DNA of 64,000 nucleotides, taken from an uncultured Planctomycetia bacterium (GTDB taxonomy: Bacteria > Omnitrophota > Gorgyraeia > Pluralincolimonadales > Pluralincolimonadaceae). Location of the stretch: contig CAZAEH010000001.1 in the NCBI GenBank assembly GCA_964484255.1, positions 68,674 through 132,673 on the forward strand, written 5' to 3'. The notes under the pieces are model-generated. The model did no database searches. It was not told the origin of the DNA and was given only the letters and a program-made list of their open reading frames with translations. The translations under genes and the position numbers were made by a program. Of the stretch, positions 1-9,758 are shown piece after piece. Each line of letters opens with the position of its first letter. Position 1 is the first letter of the stretch.

Positions 1-465
1 TTCCTTCCATTCCGGGGTAAGGGTTATAGGCCCTATGGAAGCGGTGTCGGTGTCGGCGTATTCGCCGGTTATGCCGCCAAGCTTGACCTCAGCGAGGGTC
101 TCTCCGCCCTTGCCGCCGCGAGCCCAGAATACGAGCTTGGTAGCGCCGGTAAGGTCAAAACCGCCCGGTTTGGTTCCCCAGTTATTGGCCGGGTTCTGCC
201 AGTAGATACCGCACCAGCCGGCGCCCTGTTTCTGCTCGCCGGTGGAAGTTATCTTGATACAGTTCGTCCCGCTGTGCGGGTTCTCTTTCCAGCCCGTATC
301 AAGCTTAAGATCACCGTAATCGCCCATCCAACCCGAAGGTATATAATGGTTGTCACGGGAAGACCTGTCGCTGTATACGTTGAACTTCTTGAACTCGGCG
401 TATGAGAGGCTCGTAACGCCGGCCATCACGGTTAAAAGCACTGCTAATACAACCAACTTCTTCAT
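1..465 (-). CDS. Secreted CBM-like beta-sandwich protein, tandem paralog copy 1. Partial: N-terminal 155 codons and start codon present, 3' end beyond window start.
   Basis: Nucleotides 1-465 are identical to 1307-1771 (copy 3). ATG at 465-463 is preceded by AAAGAGGAGG RBS. Signal peptide. Confidence 0.8.
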   Translation of the reverse strand, partial: MKKLVVLAVLLTVMAGVTSLSYAEFKKFNVYSDRSSRDNHYIPSGWMGDYGDLKLDTGWKENPHSGTNCIKITSTGEQKQGAGWCGIYWQNPANNWGTKPGGFDLTGATKLVFWARGGKGGETLAEVKLGGITGEYADTDTASIGPITLTPEWKE

Positions 466-489
466 CTCTTCCTCCTCTTTAAGCCCATG

Positions 490-1080
490 TTATTCGTAGC
501 TTATGTCATCCAGATATATAATAAAACCGTCCGGGTTCGAAGAGGTATTGGCAACCCAGCAAAAACCTCCGGCTATAGAAGTAAGGTCTTTCCCGGCCAG
601 GTCTATAGTATATTCCTTCCATTCGGGAGTAAGCATTACTTCGGTCAATTCGGCGCTGTCACTGTCCCCATATTCTCCCGTAATACCGCCCATTTTGAAT
701 TCTGCAATATTCTCTCCGCCCTTGGCACCTTTAGCCCAAAATACCAGTTTCTTGGCCCCGGTAAGGTCAAAACCACCCGGCTGCGTGCCCCAGTTATTGG
801 CCGGGTTCTGCCAGTATACGCCTGCCCAGCCGGCGCCCTGTTTCTGTTCGCCGGTATAGGTCACTTTGATACAGGTAGCGCCTGAATGGGGCGCATCCTT
901 GCAACCGGTATCAACCTTTATGTCACCATAGTCTCCCATCCAGCCGGAAGGGATATAATGGTTGTCCCTCGCCGTTTTATCGGAATAAACATTGAATTTC
1001 TTGAATTCGGCATAAGCCAACGACGCGGCGCCGGAAACCACTGTAATAGCCAGCAGCATAGCTGCCACCCTTCTCATCAT
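490..1080 (-). CDS. Secreted CBM-like beta-sandwich protein, tandem paralog copy 2 (about 70% identical to copy 3)
   Basis: 196 aa ORF with signal peptide and AAGGAGG RBS. Shares the FKKFNVYSD...NHYIPSGWMGDYGD...IY(L/F)DDI motifs with 1182-1769. Confidence 0.8.
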   Translation of the reverse strand: MMRRVAAMLLAITVVSGAASLAYAEFKKFNVYSDKTARDNHYIPSGWMGDYGDIKVDTGCKDAPHSGATCIKVTYTGEQKQGAGWAGVYWQNPANNWGTQPGGFDLTGAKKLVFWAKGAKGGENIAEFKMGGITGEYGDSDSAELTEVMLTPEWKEYTIDLAGKDLTSIAGGFCWVANTSSNPDGFIIYLDDISYE

Positions 1081-1096
1081 CTGGACTGCCTCCTTT

Positions 1097-1133
1097 TAAA
1101 GAGCCGGCGCCTCTTTTTTAAAGAAGCGCCGGT
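1097..1133 (-). promoter_or_regulatory. Two mutually exclusive hairpins between paralog copies 3 and 2. One is a 13-bp stem (CCGGCGCUUCUUU/AAAGAGGCGCCGG); the alternative is AAAGAG/CUCUUU, immediately 5' of the copy 2 RBS.
   Basis: Inverted repeats read directly. A TATAAT-like box lies just upstream in minus sense. Function (terminator or attenuator) not established. Confidence 0.35.
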
Positions 1134-1181
1134 GATCTTTGCTTCTTATGGTCTTATTATACTACTTTGTTTACCTTCGGT

Positions 1182-1769
1182 CTACTCGTAATAAATATCG
1201 TCAAAGTAGATAGTGAAACCGTCCGGGTTATCCGTGGCGCTCGCTGCAAAGCAGAAGCCGCCGGATATATACGAAAGGTCCTTGCCGGTCAAGTCTATCG
1301 TGTATTCCTTCCATTCCGGGGTAAGGGTTATAGGCCCTATGGAAGCGGTGTCGGTGTCGGCGTATTCGCCGGTTATGCCGCCAAGCTTGACCTCAGCGAG
1401 GGTCTCTCCGCCCTTGCCGCCGCGAGCCCAGAATACGAGCTTGGTAGCGCCGGTAAGGTCAAAACCGCCCGGTTTGGTTCCCCAGTTATTGGCCGGGTTC
1501 TGCCAGTAGATACCGCACCAGCCGGCGCCCTGTTTCTGCTCGCCGGTGGAAGTTATCTTGATACAGTTCGTCCCGCTGTGCGGGTTCTCTTTCCAGCCCG
1601 TATCAAGCTTAAGATCACCGTAATCGCCCATCCAACCCGAAGGTATATAATGGTTGTCACGGGAAGACCTGTCGCTGTATACGTTGAACTTCTTGAACTC
1701 GGCGTATGAGAGGCTCGTAACGCCGGCCATCACGGTTAAAAGCACTGCTAATACAACCAACTTCTTCAT
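1182..1769 (-). CDS. Secreted CBM-like beta-sandwich protein, tandem paralog copy 3
   Basis: ORF with signal peptide. AAGGGGG RBS before the MKKL start. Its 5' 465 nt are identical to window positions 1-465. Confidence 0.8.
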   Translation of the reverse strand: MKKLVVLAVLLTVMAGVTSLSYAEFKKFNVYSDRSSRDNHYIPSGWMGDYGDLKLDTGWKENPHSGTNCIKITSTGEQKQGAGWCGIYWQNPANNWGTKPGGFDLTGATKLVFWARGGKGGETLAEVKLGGITGEYADTDTASIGPITLTPEWKEYTIDLTGKDLSYISGGFCFAASATDNPDGFTIYFDDIYYE

Positions 1770-1785
1770 TGCCAACCCCCTTTCG

Positions 1786-3729
1786 TTATTTTGTCCAGTT
1801 GTCTTTATACCAGAAATATGCCTTCTTCAACTTCCTGAGGAACGGGCTGTCAGAACCGTCACCCTGGCTGGCCACTCCCAGGTATTCCTCATGCAACCAA
1901 CCGTCCGGGAACGGCCCGCGGAAATTCCCCGGTATCCTCGTCTTAGCCTTATAATCCCAGCCTTCCCATTCCTGCTTGGCCGGATCAAGCTGAGGGGGAG
2001 GACCGGCTTTCCACCACTCGTCCACCCACTCGAAACATACACCGCCAAGAGCATTACCAAACCCCGAACCCGCCATGTTGTACTCGATATCTTCCCAATT
2101 GCCCTTATGATACTGGGCCTGGAGTTCTTCGCCTTTTTCGGGATTGTCCTTAAGATATGACGGGCAACCGTATTCCGTTATTATCGAAGGCCTTCCCGTA
2201 AGATCCCTTACGTCTTCCCAGTAAGTCCTGCCGAAACCGTTAGGGCCGCGGTAGACGTTCGCCCCAAAAACATCCACATCGGGGCAATACTTCGCGAAAT
2301 AGTTCAGGTAGACCGTCTCGCCGTTGCAGATAGCCACCGGATGGTTTGGATCTATGGATTTTATCATCTTTGCGACTTCGTTGACGAACGCGTAATAAGC
2401 ATCGGGCTGGAGTTTAGCGCGGCATCCCATACCCGGCTCGACTTCCGGGGTCCCCGGGTAACCGTAGTTATTCTCATTGCCCAATACCCACATAAGGATG
2501 TACGGCTCATCCTTATACTCCATGACCACCTGTCTAACGCTCTCCATCATCTTCTTCTGCTGCGCCGGATCGGAGTAATCCGTGCCGCTGTACCAGTCCG
2601 CTCCGGATCCCACGGCATACATTCCGAGGAAATCCCCCATCAGGTACATAAAACCATAGTTCTCGTATCCGTCTTTAAGCAGGTCTTTGCTGGTAGAATG
2701 ATGATAAAGGCGTATTGTATTAACGCCCATCTCCTTCATAAGCTGGAAATCCCCGACCGCCTTCTCATCTGCATCCTGCTTGTTGTTTTTGTTGGCATCT
2801 ACATAAGCGTCATAGGGACCATCCGCTTTCCCGTTCTTGTTGAAATCAGCCGTCATCCAGTCGGTCTGGACATTCAGCGTGCCGTTGTCAGGGGTAAGCC
2901 CTATCTTGTTAGGCGAATATGCCATAGCCTTCATCGGGAACGGCTTTCCGTCCACCAACAGCTGCCAGTGTCCGTTCTCATATTTAACCAGCTTTACATG
3001 GCTACCGCCTGCCGAACTGATAACTTTAAGCTTGGAGAGATCCGTTTTAGGCGGTATTACCTCGTTCGGTTTGACTTTAACTAGCCTTCCGGGGTTGATT
3101 ATGAATTTGTCGTTCGAAATTTCGTTATCGAAGGAATTCTCTACGATTATTTTGGCGTCCTCAAGCCTGATACCGAGCTCCGGATGCATCCTGGTAAGAT
3201 ATTCGATCTCATTCAGCGACATTTTCGAGATGTAGAGCGGGGTATGCCAGAATGTCCAGCCTACCGACTTGGGAAAATTGACAAGGACGGCATAATGGGC
3301 CTTTATAGCCTGCGTGATATAACCTGCCTTGGCAAGGGCCACGGCCGTATAATGCTGCTTTACCCCGGGCTCATCGCTTGCAACAGCCCATTTATAAAAA
3401 GCAAGCGTCTGGTCGTCATTATTGACGAATTCCCATTGGTTGCCTGCGAGTCTCCCGGCGGCCTGCACTTCCCTGTAACCCGGGTCCTTATATACGCTGG
3501 TATTTGGATATATCCCCTCGCCTACTGCCGCGGCCAGGCCTTTCCTGTCCTTTATCGAATATTTGTAGTTCTCGGTGCCGACATTGCTGAATTCACCGTA
3601 TTTGGAGTAGTCAACGATCTCTTCGGTACCGGGGTCGAAAAGCGGCGTCAATACCGCAGGATATGAATTGGCGGAAGAAGCTAAAAACGTGATTATTGAC
3701 ACGGACAAAAGGATTTCCTTAAACCTCAT
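1786..3729 (-). CDS. Secreted glycoside hydrolase, clan GH-A TIM barrel (GH2/GH5-like)
   Basis: WVLGNENNYG acid/base-type motif and ITEYGC nucleophile-type motif. N-terminal signal peptide. Start chosen at MRFKEILL. Confidence 0.7.
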   Translation of the reverse strand: MRFKEILLSVSIITFLASSANSYPAVLTPLFDPGTEEIVDYSKYGEFSNVGTENYKYSIKDRKGLAAAVGEGIYPNTSVYKDPGYREVQAAGRLAGNQWEFVNNDDQTLAFYKWAVASDEPGVKQHYTAVALAKAGYITQAIKAHYAVLVNFPKSVGWTFWHTPLYISKMSLNEIEYLTRMHPELGIRLEDAKIIVENSFDNEISNDKFIINPGRLVKVKPNEVIPPKTDLSKLKVISSAGGSHVKLVKYENGHWQLLVDGKPFPMKAMAYSPNKIGLTPDNGTLNVQTDWMTADFNKNGKADGPYDAYVDANKNNKQDADEKAVGDFQLMKEMGVNTIRLYHHSTSKDLLKDGYENYGFMYLMGDFLGMYAVGSGADWYSGTDYSDPAQQKKMMESVRQVVMEYKDEPYILMWVLGNENNYGYPGTPEVEPGMGCRAKLQPDAYYAFVNEVAKMIKSIDPNHPVAICNGETVYLNYFAKYCPDVDVFGANVYRGPNGFGRTYWEDVRDLTGRPSIITEYGCPSYLKDNPEKGEELQAQYHKGNWEDIEYNMAGSGFGNALGGVCFEWVDEWWKAGPPPQLDPAKQEWEGWDYKAKTRIPGNFRGPFPDGWLHEEYLGVASQGDGSDSPFLRKLKKAYFWYKDNWTK

Positions 3730-3825
3730 GTGGGGCCTCCTAAAGATAGCGTTAATATGTGATCTTAACATATCCTAAGCACCTATATAATTATACAGTT
3801 TGAACGGCCAAAATCAATATAAGAC

Positions 3826-6800
3826 TCATTGCCCGCCGGCAAGGACCGCCCTGCCCCAATGCTTAGAGACGCGGTCGTTATCCTCTGAACCGTTCCATAT
3901 AAGCCGGCATTCCCTGTTCCCTGTACCATCGGCATCATCGACAGCCAAGTCCAGGCCAAGTTCCCTGCCGTTTGAGAAGTCGGCAAGCCCGAAGTTAGAC
4001 AGTGAGATCCTCGCCTCAAGAATGTAACCCGAATCCGTCTTCCTTGTTTTTATCTCGGAATCGCGGGGCGGCGAGTTGCGGACCCCTCCGTTCGCCTGTC
4101 CAAATATCCACATACGCTCATTGGCGCCGAAAGCTACCTGAAAATCGCTGGCTGAATAGCCATCCTTTGCAAGAAGGTCCGGGTCCAGGCTCAAAAAAAG
4201 TTCCAGGGCATCGCCATTGCACAGGTTGTAATTATACTTATTATTTACCATCGGCATATCATCTTTAATGTCGGCGAGCACATAAAGATTGTTCCTGTCC
4301 CAAAGCAGCCTGACCTTGCCGGAGAGGTCTTTGTCACCGTTGTAATCTCCGGTTCTCAGGATGGGCTTGCCCTTCATTGAACTGTCGATCGATATGACAG
4401 CGGCGGTATTCCAGGCATCATCCGCTAAACCGTCTATTTTTATTCCGGAAGCCGTATAACGCAGTTCATATGGGAATAACTGGGAAACTCTGACCTTGGA
4501 CTTGAATTTATCCTTCAACGCTTTATTCTCCGACACATTTATATACTTAAGAGCAAACGCCCTTTTCCCGCCTGACATCCTTGCCGCTGCCGATATCAGG
4601 AACATCGTATCATCGATATTGTACGGAAGGGTAAAAGAAGTTTTATATGCGCCCCGACCGTTGAAATTGACACTGTATGATTTTGATATGTTATTGTTTA
4701 TGTCCCTGATGATATAATCCAGGCCCAAGACGGCCGGGCTTCCCTTCTTCCTCTTCAAGAAAAAAGATAACTTTGGCTTCTGGCCTGCCGTATACTCTTT
4801 CCTGTCCGTCCTTATCTCCAGGACGGATAAACCATCATAGGGGCTGTCCCCGGAAAACCTTGCATAATGCGGCCAAAAATCCCTGAATATTACGCTCACG
4901 GCCGCGGTGTGACCTGCAACGTATACCCCCGAAGCACCTGCCGCTATCATTTCTGAAAGACTATTAGCCCCTGCTTCCCCTTCCCCCATGTCTACTATCA
5001 AAGGAACACCCTTTGAAAAGGAATTCTTGAACCAGTTCACATAATCCCCCGCGTTTTCGTTTGCCGCGGCTCCGCCGGAGGGGAATCCTATGCCTGCTAT
5101 ACCGTTTACCTGCGGCGACGGAGGGCAGCCGCATCCCTCGCTATACTCAATTGATATAAATCTTTCGGGGTCGGCATGATCCGGAATAACAGGGGATGAA
5201 CAAGAAGTGACGTAATAAAGGATATTCTCGTGCCTGCGCGACCAGACCGCCACTTCATCAGCGTATTTAGTGTCCTTAACATCGAGAGGCTGTACCACCA
5301 TGAGACCGAACTTGCCTGCAATAATAAGATCGCGCTCTGAAAACGGCAACTTGGCCCTTATCGTATTAAAACCCGCTCGTTTGATACGGGACATGTCATC
5401 TTCAACGGCACCTGACGGCTCGTATATCTTTCCTTTCACAAAAAATCTTTCCCCATCCACATATATCCAATCCCCTTTTACCGCAACCCTTTCCTTCCTG
5501 GATACCGGCTTATTTGAGGAAAAAGCTATATCGAGAGATATTACGTCGCTTTCCATGCCGTCAGTGTATACTGCGCTGACCCCGTATTTATGCATCTTCG
5601 CACCGGGTCCAACGTCTTCTGAATAGAACGGGCTTGCGGTAGCGGCTATACGTATACTGTCACGATATACGTTAAAACCTGAAAGAAAAGGATGGCTCGA
5701 GAGGTCCCAATACAGGTAGGCCTTGCCATTTGAAGAGTACCCTCCAAAGGCCTTGGCACTGGAGTGTTTTATCTCTTTCCAATACGCCAAGCGCAGGTCA
5801 TCCAAACGCGTTCCTTTTGGGCCCCTGAAAGAAACAGATCTTATTCCTTTTTGCCCAAAAACGCCGTCGCCTCCTTTTACTCCGTCGGGATTCACTCTTT
5901 CAAAAAGGTCAAAATCGTAATAAAATTTCTTTGGCCCGGACCATACAACCTTTACGCGGGGAGTGCTGTAAAGTTCGCCATCGTTGTCTGTAACGACCAG
6001 GGCACATTCTTCTCCGGAAGAATTACCTTCAACAATAAAAGATGTCCCGCTCGCCTCCGACCAGTCTTTTGGGGCGGGGTACTCTATATCCCTGCCACCG
6101 GGCATATCCACCTTCCATAAAAAACAACCGGCGGGAGGTTCGTATTCTCCCGCCAGTTTTATTTTATCTATCTTATTGTCCGATATCAGGCTTATTTCGT
6201 CAAATATGAGCTTTGAGTTCCTTGCCCCCTTTACCGCGATGGCCAGCGCTTTTACCTCTTCCAGCCTCATAGATCTGTTCCCCGGACCTCCATCGGCATC
6301 AAAAAGGTCAAGCTTGAACCCGGAAAGGTCAAATACGACCTGTCTCCACCCTGTCCAATCGACCTTAACCCACTGTGAGCGCCATATATCATCGCTGCCA
6401 TTCTTGAACTTCACGGATACATCGTCTCCCGAAGCATCCCCTAACACATACATAGAAACTGCCTTGAAATCCTTCCAATTAAGGGGAGCGGGAAACTCTT
6501 TCTGTATCTTTATATAGCCGGAACCTGAGGAAGGCCTGTAAGACAAGCCTATGGAAGACCTGCCCGGGTTGAGAGATTCCGTCTCATTAGTGATCTCATA
6601 TGCTGCGGAGTTCACCGATACCTTCCGGTCCAAATGTTCGAAACCCTCTAATAACACTTTCGATCCTCCCGAAGTGTCTGGGTCAGCATAACTCGGAACC
6701 TGAATGACCAGCATTAAAGCTATACAGAAAATTTTGAACAAAACTCTTCCTATACCATTTTCACATTTTATAACAGAGGACTTTATAAAATAGGTATATA

Positions 6801-6840
6801 AGGTATTGTTAATAAGTAGGTTGTTTATATGATGCCACAT
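3826..6840 (-). CDS. Large multidomain secreted glycoside hydrolase: N-terminal CBM-like domain, central TIM-barrel GH-like region, C-terminal CBM9-like domain
   Basis: 1004 aa ORF. Domain-level similarity only. Start codon uncertain (possibly non-ATG near the hydrophobic signal segment). Confidence 0.6.
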   Translation of the reverse strand: MWHHINNLLINNTLYTYFIKSSVIKCENGIGRVLFKIFCIALMLVIQVPSYADPDTSGGSKVLLEGFEHLDRKVSVNSAAYEITNETESLNPGRSSIGLSYRPSSGSGYIKIQKEFPAPLNWKDFKAVSMYVLGDASGDDVSVKFKNGSDDIWRSQWVKVDWTGWRQVVFDLSGFKLDLFDADGGPGNRSMRLEEVKALAIAVKGARNSKLIFDEISLISDNKIDKIKLAGEYEPPAGCFLWKVDMPGGRDIEYPAPKDWSEASGTSFIVEGNSSGEECALVVTDNDGELYSTPRVKVVWSGPKKFYYDFDLFERVNPDGVKGGDGVFGQKGIRSVSFRGPKGTRLDDLRLAYWKEIKHSSAKAFGGYSSNGKAYLYWDLSSHPFLSGFNVYRDSIRIAATASPFYSEDVGPGAKMHKYGVSAVYTDGMESDVISLDIAFSSNKPVSRKERVAVKGDWIYVDGERFFVKGKIYEPSGAVEDDMSRIKRAGFNTIRAKLPFSERDLIIAGKFGLMVVQPLDVKDTKYADEVAVWSRRHENILYYVTSCSSPVIPDHADPERFISIEYSEGCGCPPSPQVNGIAGIGFPSGGAAANENAGDYVNWFKNSFSKGVPLIVDMGEGEAGANSLSEMIAAGASGVYVAGHTAAVSVIFRDFWPHYARFSGDSPYDGLSVLEIRTDRKEYTAGQKPKLSFFLKRKKGSPAVLGLDYIIRDINNNISKSYSVNFNGRGAYKTSFTLPYNIDDTMFLISAAARMSGGKRAFALKYINVSENKALKDKFKSKVRVSQLFPYELRYTASGIKIDGLADDAWNTAAVISIDSSMKGKPILRTGDYNGDKDLSGKVRLLWDRNNLYVLADIKDDMPMVNNKYNYNLCNGDALELFLSLDPDLLAKDGYSASDFQVAFGANERMWIFGQANGGVRNSPPRDSEIKTRKTDSGYILEARISLSNFGLADFSNGRELGLDLAVDDADGTGNRECRLIWNGSEDNDRVSKHWGRAVLAGGQ

Positions 6841-6887
6841 GAATATCGGGTTGTCAAGGGTATTTTTTTCACGTGTCGATGAGCCTT

Positions 6888-6921
6888 AATAATAAAAACG
6901 GGGCCTATTTTTCAAGGCCCC
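6888..6921 (-). terminator. Rho-independent terminator
   Basis: Minus-sense hairpin CGGGGCC-N10-GGCCCCG followed by TTTTTATTATT, directly downstream of the 6955-7290 gene. Confidence 0.7.
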
Positions 6922-6954
6922 GCAATATTCTCTCTTCCAGATACAAGATTTTAC

Positions 6955-7290
6955 TTATTCAGCTGAATATACGAACTCGGGCTTTACTATCGGCTCATAG
7001 CCTTCCGGTATCGGGAACGGGAACGTTACAGCTTCATAGATACCCGCGCCTGTACGGACAAGACCCAAACCTAAACCCTTGATCGTTCCGACTGTCAGGC
7101 CGGTGAATACGTTATTGGCCTTGCTCTCGTCTACTATGCCCTTAGGGATCTCAAGCCAGCCGGTAAAGGTATTTACCACGCCGCGGCCGAGCTTCTTGAA
7201 GGCATCCTGTGCATATGTAGGAGCGCTTACGGTCAAAAGACCGACCACAACCAATACCAGTATAGTCATCGTCAGGAATCTGCTCTTCAT
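6955..7290 (-). CDS. Small secreted protein, resembles the exosortase-associated TIGR04073-like family (KLGRG...TFPFP)
   Basis: Signal peptide followed by a Gly-rich conserved pattern. Family assignment is from memory and not verified. Confidence 0.5.
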   Translation of the reverse strand: MKSRFLTMTILVLVVVGLLTVSAPTYAQDAFKKLGRGVVNTFTGWLEIPKGIVDESKANNVFTGLTVGTIKGLGLGLVRTGAGIYEAVTFPFPIPEGYEPIVKPEFVYSAE

Positions 7291-7360
7291 CGACACTTCC
7301 CCCTTTCTTTTGCGATAAGTATACAAGACCGGTGACTTTTTGTCAAGCAAAATTGAACCT

Positions 7361-8365
7361 TCATGAGATAAGGTTCCTGGGTTTTCCCTCCTGGAAACCT
7401 ATTATATTGTCCGCGGTGGTCTCGAGTATGCGCTGCACGGCTTCCTTTGAATTAAAAGCTATATGCGGCGTTATGACCACGTCATCACGCTTCATGAGGA
7501 TATGGTTCCTTATAAGAGCCTTCATTTTATCCGCCGGGAAATCCTTAGAGAGCAGCTCCCTCTCTTCTTTTATAAGGTCCTCTCCCTCCAGCACGTCCAG
7601 CCCGGCTCCGCCTAATATTCCGTCATCCAGGGCCCGCACAAGGGCATCCGGCTCTATCAATCCGCCCCTGGCGGTATTGATAACAAGAGCGCCCTTCTTT
7701 ATTGTCTTGATATTGCCCATGTTTATCAGATGGCGGGTCTTCTCGTTATACGGGACATGGAGAGTTATGATATCCGAATTAGCCAGCAGTTCATCTAACT
7801 GCGCATATTTGAACATCATTATCTCCTCGAGGAAGGAGTCCCTTTTTGTATCGAAAACCAGGACGTTCATCCCGAAACCCTTGGCCATCCTGACAACATG
7901 TAATCCTATATGCCCGGCCCCTATTACCCCTATTGTCTTGCCCTTCAGGTCAAAACCCATGAGACCCTCGAGGTTGAAGTCGCCCTTGGCGGTACGCACG
8001 TAGGCCTTATGGATGTTCCTGGAAAGAGAAAGTATAAGGGCAAAGGTATGCTCGGCTACCGTCGCCTCACCGTAAGAAGGGACATTAGAGACCTTTATCT
8101 CCCTATCCCTGCAAGCATTTAGGTCTATGTGGTCAAAACCCGTCGAACGGGTAGCTATGAACTTAAGGGCCGGCATGAGCCGGAGAACCTCCGGGCTGAC
8201 CCTGTCATGGACAAAAACGGATATTATTTCGCTCTCCTTGAATTTCGAGGCGGTATCCGGCTTCAGCCCGTTACGGCAAAAGAATACCTCGGAAGGTATC
8301 CTGAGCAGGGGTGAAAGATAGTCTTTTTCCCAGTCTTCGATGCCGAATACGGTAACGGCCTTCAT
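7361..8365 (-). CDS. D-isomer-specific 2-hydroxyacid dehydrogenase (D-lactate / phosphoglycerate dehydrogenase family)
   Basis: NAD-binding GVIGAGHIG motif, length 334 aa. Confidence 0.85.
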   Translation of the reverse strand: MKAVTVFGIEDWEKDYLSPLLRIPSEVFFCRNGLKPDTASKFKESEIISVFVHDRVSPEVLRLMPALKFIATRSTGFDHIDLNACRDREIKVSNVPSYGEATVAEHTFALILSLSRNIHKAYVRTAKGDFNLEGLMGFDLKGKTIGVIGAGHIGLHVVRMAKGFGMNVLVFDTKRDSFLEEIMMFKYAQLDELLANSDIITLHVPYNEKTRHLINMGNIKTIKKGALVINTARGGLIEPDALVRALDDGILGGAGLDVLEGEDLIKEERELLSKDFPADKMKALIRNHILMKRDDVVITPHIAFNSKEAVQRILETTADNIIGFQEGKPRNLIS

Positions 8366-8386
8366 TGGCGCTTCTCCTATCGGGTC

Positions 8387-8623
8387 TTAAACAGACTCTA
8401 CCCTCTCTATTTCCGGTATGGCTTCCTTTATAGCGCGCTGGACACCCATCTGCAGGGTCATCTGAGACATCGGGCAGCAACCGCACGCGCCTTTCAGCTT
8501 CACCTTGACTACTTTGTCGACGACATCAACGAGTTCGATGTCCCCGCCATCCGCCTGGAGCATCGGGCGTATTTTTTCCAACGCTTCCTGGACCTTCACT
8601 TTCAGTTCATTTGTTTCGGCCAT
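8387..8623 (-). CDS. NifU-like (Nfu) Fe-S cluster assembly domain protein
   Basis: 78 aa with GACGCCPMS motif typical of the NifU C-terminal domain. Confidence 0.75.
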   Translation of the reverse strand: MAETNELKVKVQEALEKIRPMLQADGGDIELVDVVDKVVKVKLKGACGCCPMSQMTLQMGVQRAIKEAIPEIERVESV

Positions 8624-8635
8624 CTTTATCCTCCT

Positions 8636-8950
8636 TTACCTGTTTGGGAACAACTCTTCAACTTGTTTATAATACCCGCTTACAGTTTCGAGCGATTTCG
8701 AAAAAGCGATCCACATCAGGACAGTAACCAGTAATGCCGCCAATGTTATGTTGATCTTTTTCGTCCTGCTGTAGTTAGGGTTGAACCAAACCATCGGCAG
8801 CGCAAAAGGCCCGACGCACAGGAAGGCAATGACGAAGGCATACGTCTTAAAATACCACTTGCGCTGGACCCTGTTGAGGAACTCGCCGCAATGCTTGCAT
8901 TTTATCGCGTCGTCCTGTATCTCCTCCGCGCAATACGGGCACTTCTTCAT
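8636..8950 (-). CDS. Zinc-ribbon membrane protein, hypothetical
   Basis: CPYC...CKHC zinc ribbon followed by two hydrophobic segments. Confidence 0.5.
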   Translation of the reverse strand: MKKCPYCAEEIQDDAIKCKHCGEFLNRVQRKWYFKTYAFVIAFLCVGPFALPMVWFNPNYSRTKKINITLAALLVTVLMWIAFSKSLETVSGYYKQVEELFPNR

Positions 8951-8951
8951 G

Positions 8952-9113
8952 TTACCTCTTTTCCAAAAGGCCTATGACCCTGTCGAGCTGTCCCGAGATC
9001 TTCTTCAACATGTCGATCTGTTCGCGCTGGACCCTCTCCTGTTTCTCCTGCATCACTTTGGCTTCCCCGGCTATCTTGGACAAGTCGCCCAATTTGTTAA
9101 GGTCGAACATCAT
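8952..9113 (-). CDS. Small coiled-coil hypothetical protein
   Basis: AAGGAGAAATG RBS. Overlaps the queH stop codon by 4 nt. No homology recognised. Confidence 0.35.
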   Translation of the reverse strand: MMFDLNKLGDLSKIAGEAKVMQEKQERVQREQIDMLKKISGQLDRVIGLLEKR

Positions 9114-9658
9114 TTCTCCTTTTTGCTGTATACGCAACCGCAGTAGTTTTGGCGGTAAAGCCCCGCCTCTTTTGACATGTCAACCGACTTTTTGAATCCG
9201 CTGTCCTTCTTGAAATCGGCGGTGTAGAACTTTAGCATATACATATCGGCTATCTCGGCGCCGAGCACGTTTATCTTCCCCGCATCCTTGTGCGGGCTGA
9301 CACTCAGCGTCGTGGCGAAATACTCAAAACCGTTGGTCGCGGCGAACTGTGCCGTCCTGCCGAGCCTCATCCTGTAGCATACCTCGCAACGGTTCCCGCC
9401 TTCGGGTTCGTCCTGCAGTCCCGATGTTGCCCTGAACCACGCCTCGGATTCATACGGCGCCTTATAGAAGTTAAGGCCTATCTTCGCGGCATATCTTTCC
9501 GCATCATCGAGCCGCGCCCGGTACTCCTCCTCCGGATGGATGTTCGGGTTGTAGAAGAACAGCTCCACATTGAACTCATCCTTCAGGACTTCTACCGGGT
9601 AGGTGCAGCAAGGCGCGCAGCAGACATGCAACAGTAATCTCGGTTTATTAGCAACCAC
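9110..9658 (-). CDS. queH: Epoxyqueuosine reductase QueH (DUF208)
   Basis: LLLHVCCAPC motif and overall conservation. Confidence 0.85.
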   Translation of the reverse strand: MVANKPRLLLHVCCAPCCTYPVEVLKDEFNVELFFYNPNIHPEEEYRARLDDAERYAAKIGLNFYKAPYESEAWFRATSGLQDEPEGGNRCEVCYRMRLGRTAQFAATNGFEYFATTLSVSPHKDAGKINVLGAEIADMYMLKFYTADFKKDSGFKKSVDMSKEAGLYRQNYCGCVYSKKEK

Positions 9659-9758
9659 GGGGATATTCTATTACTTTAAAGGGGAAAACTCAACCTGAAA
9701 CGAACGCTTGCTTGACCTGCGTTTCCGCGCCAAAGAAAATTTCAGGCTGGCCCGGCCG

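Noticed and set aside
9659-9758. Nested inverted repeats (CCTGAAA...TTTCAGG, GAAACG...CGTTTC) between the methyltransferase and queH as a possible riboswitch, for example preQ1
   Set aside because: Stems are short and imperfect. There is no recognisable preQ1 or other riboswitch core. This is more likely a weak terminator or an incidental palindrome.
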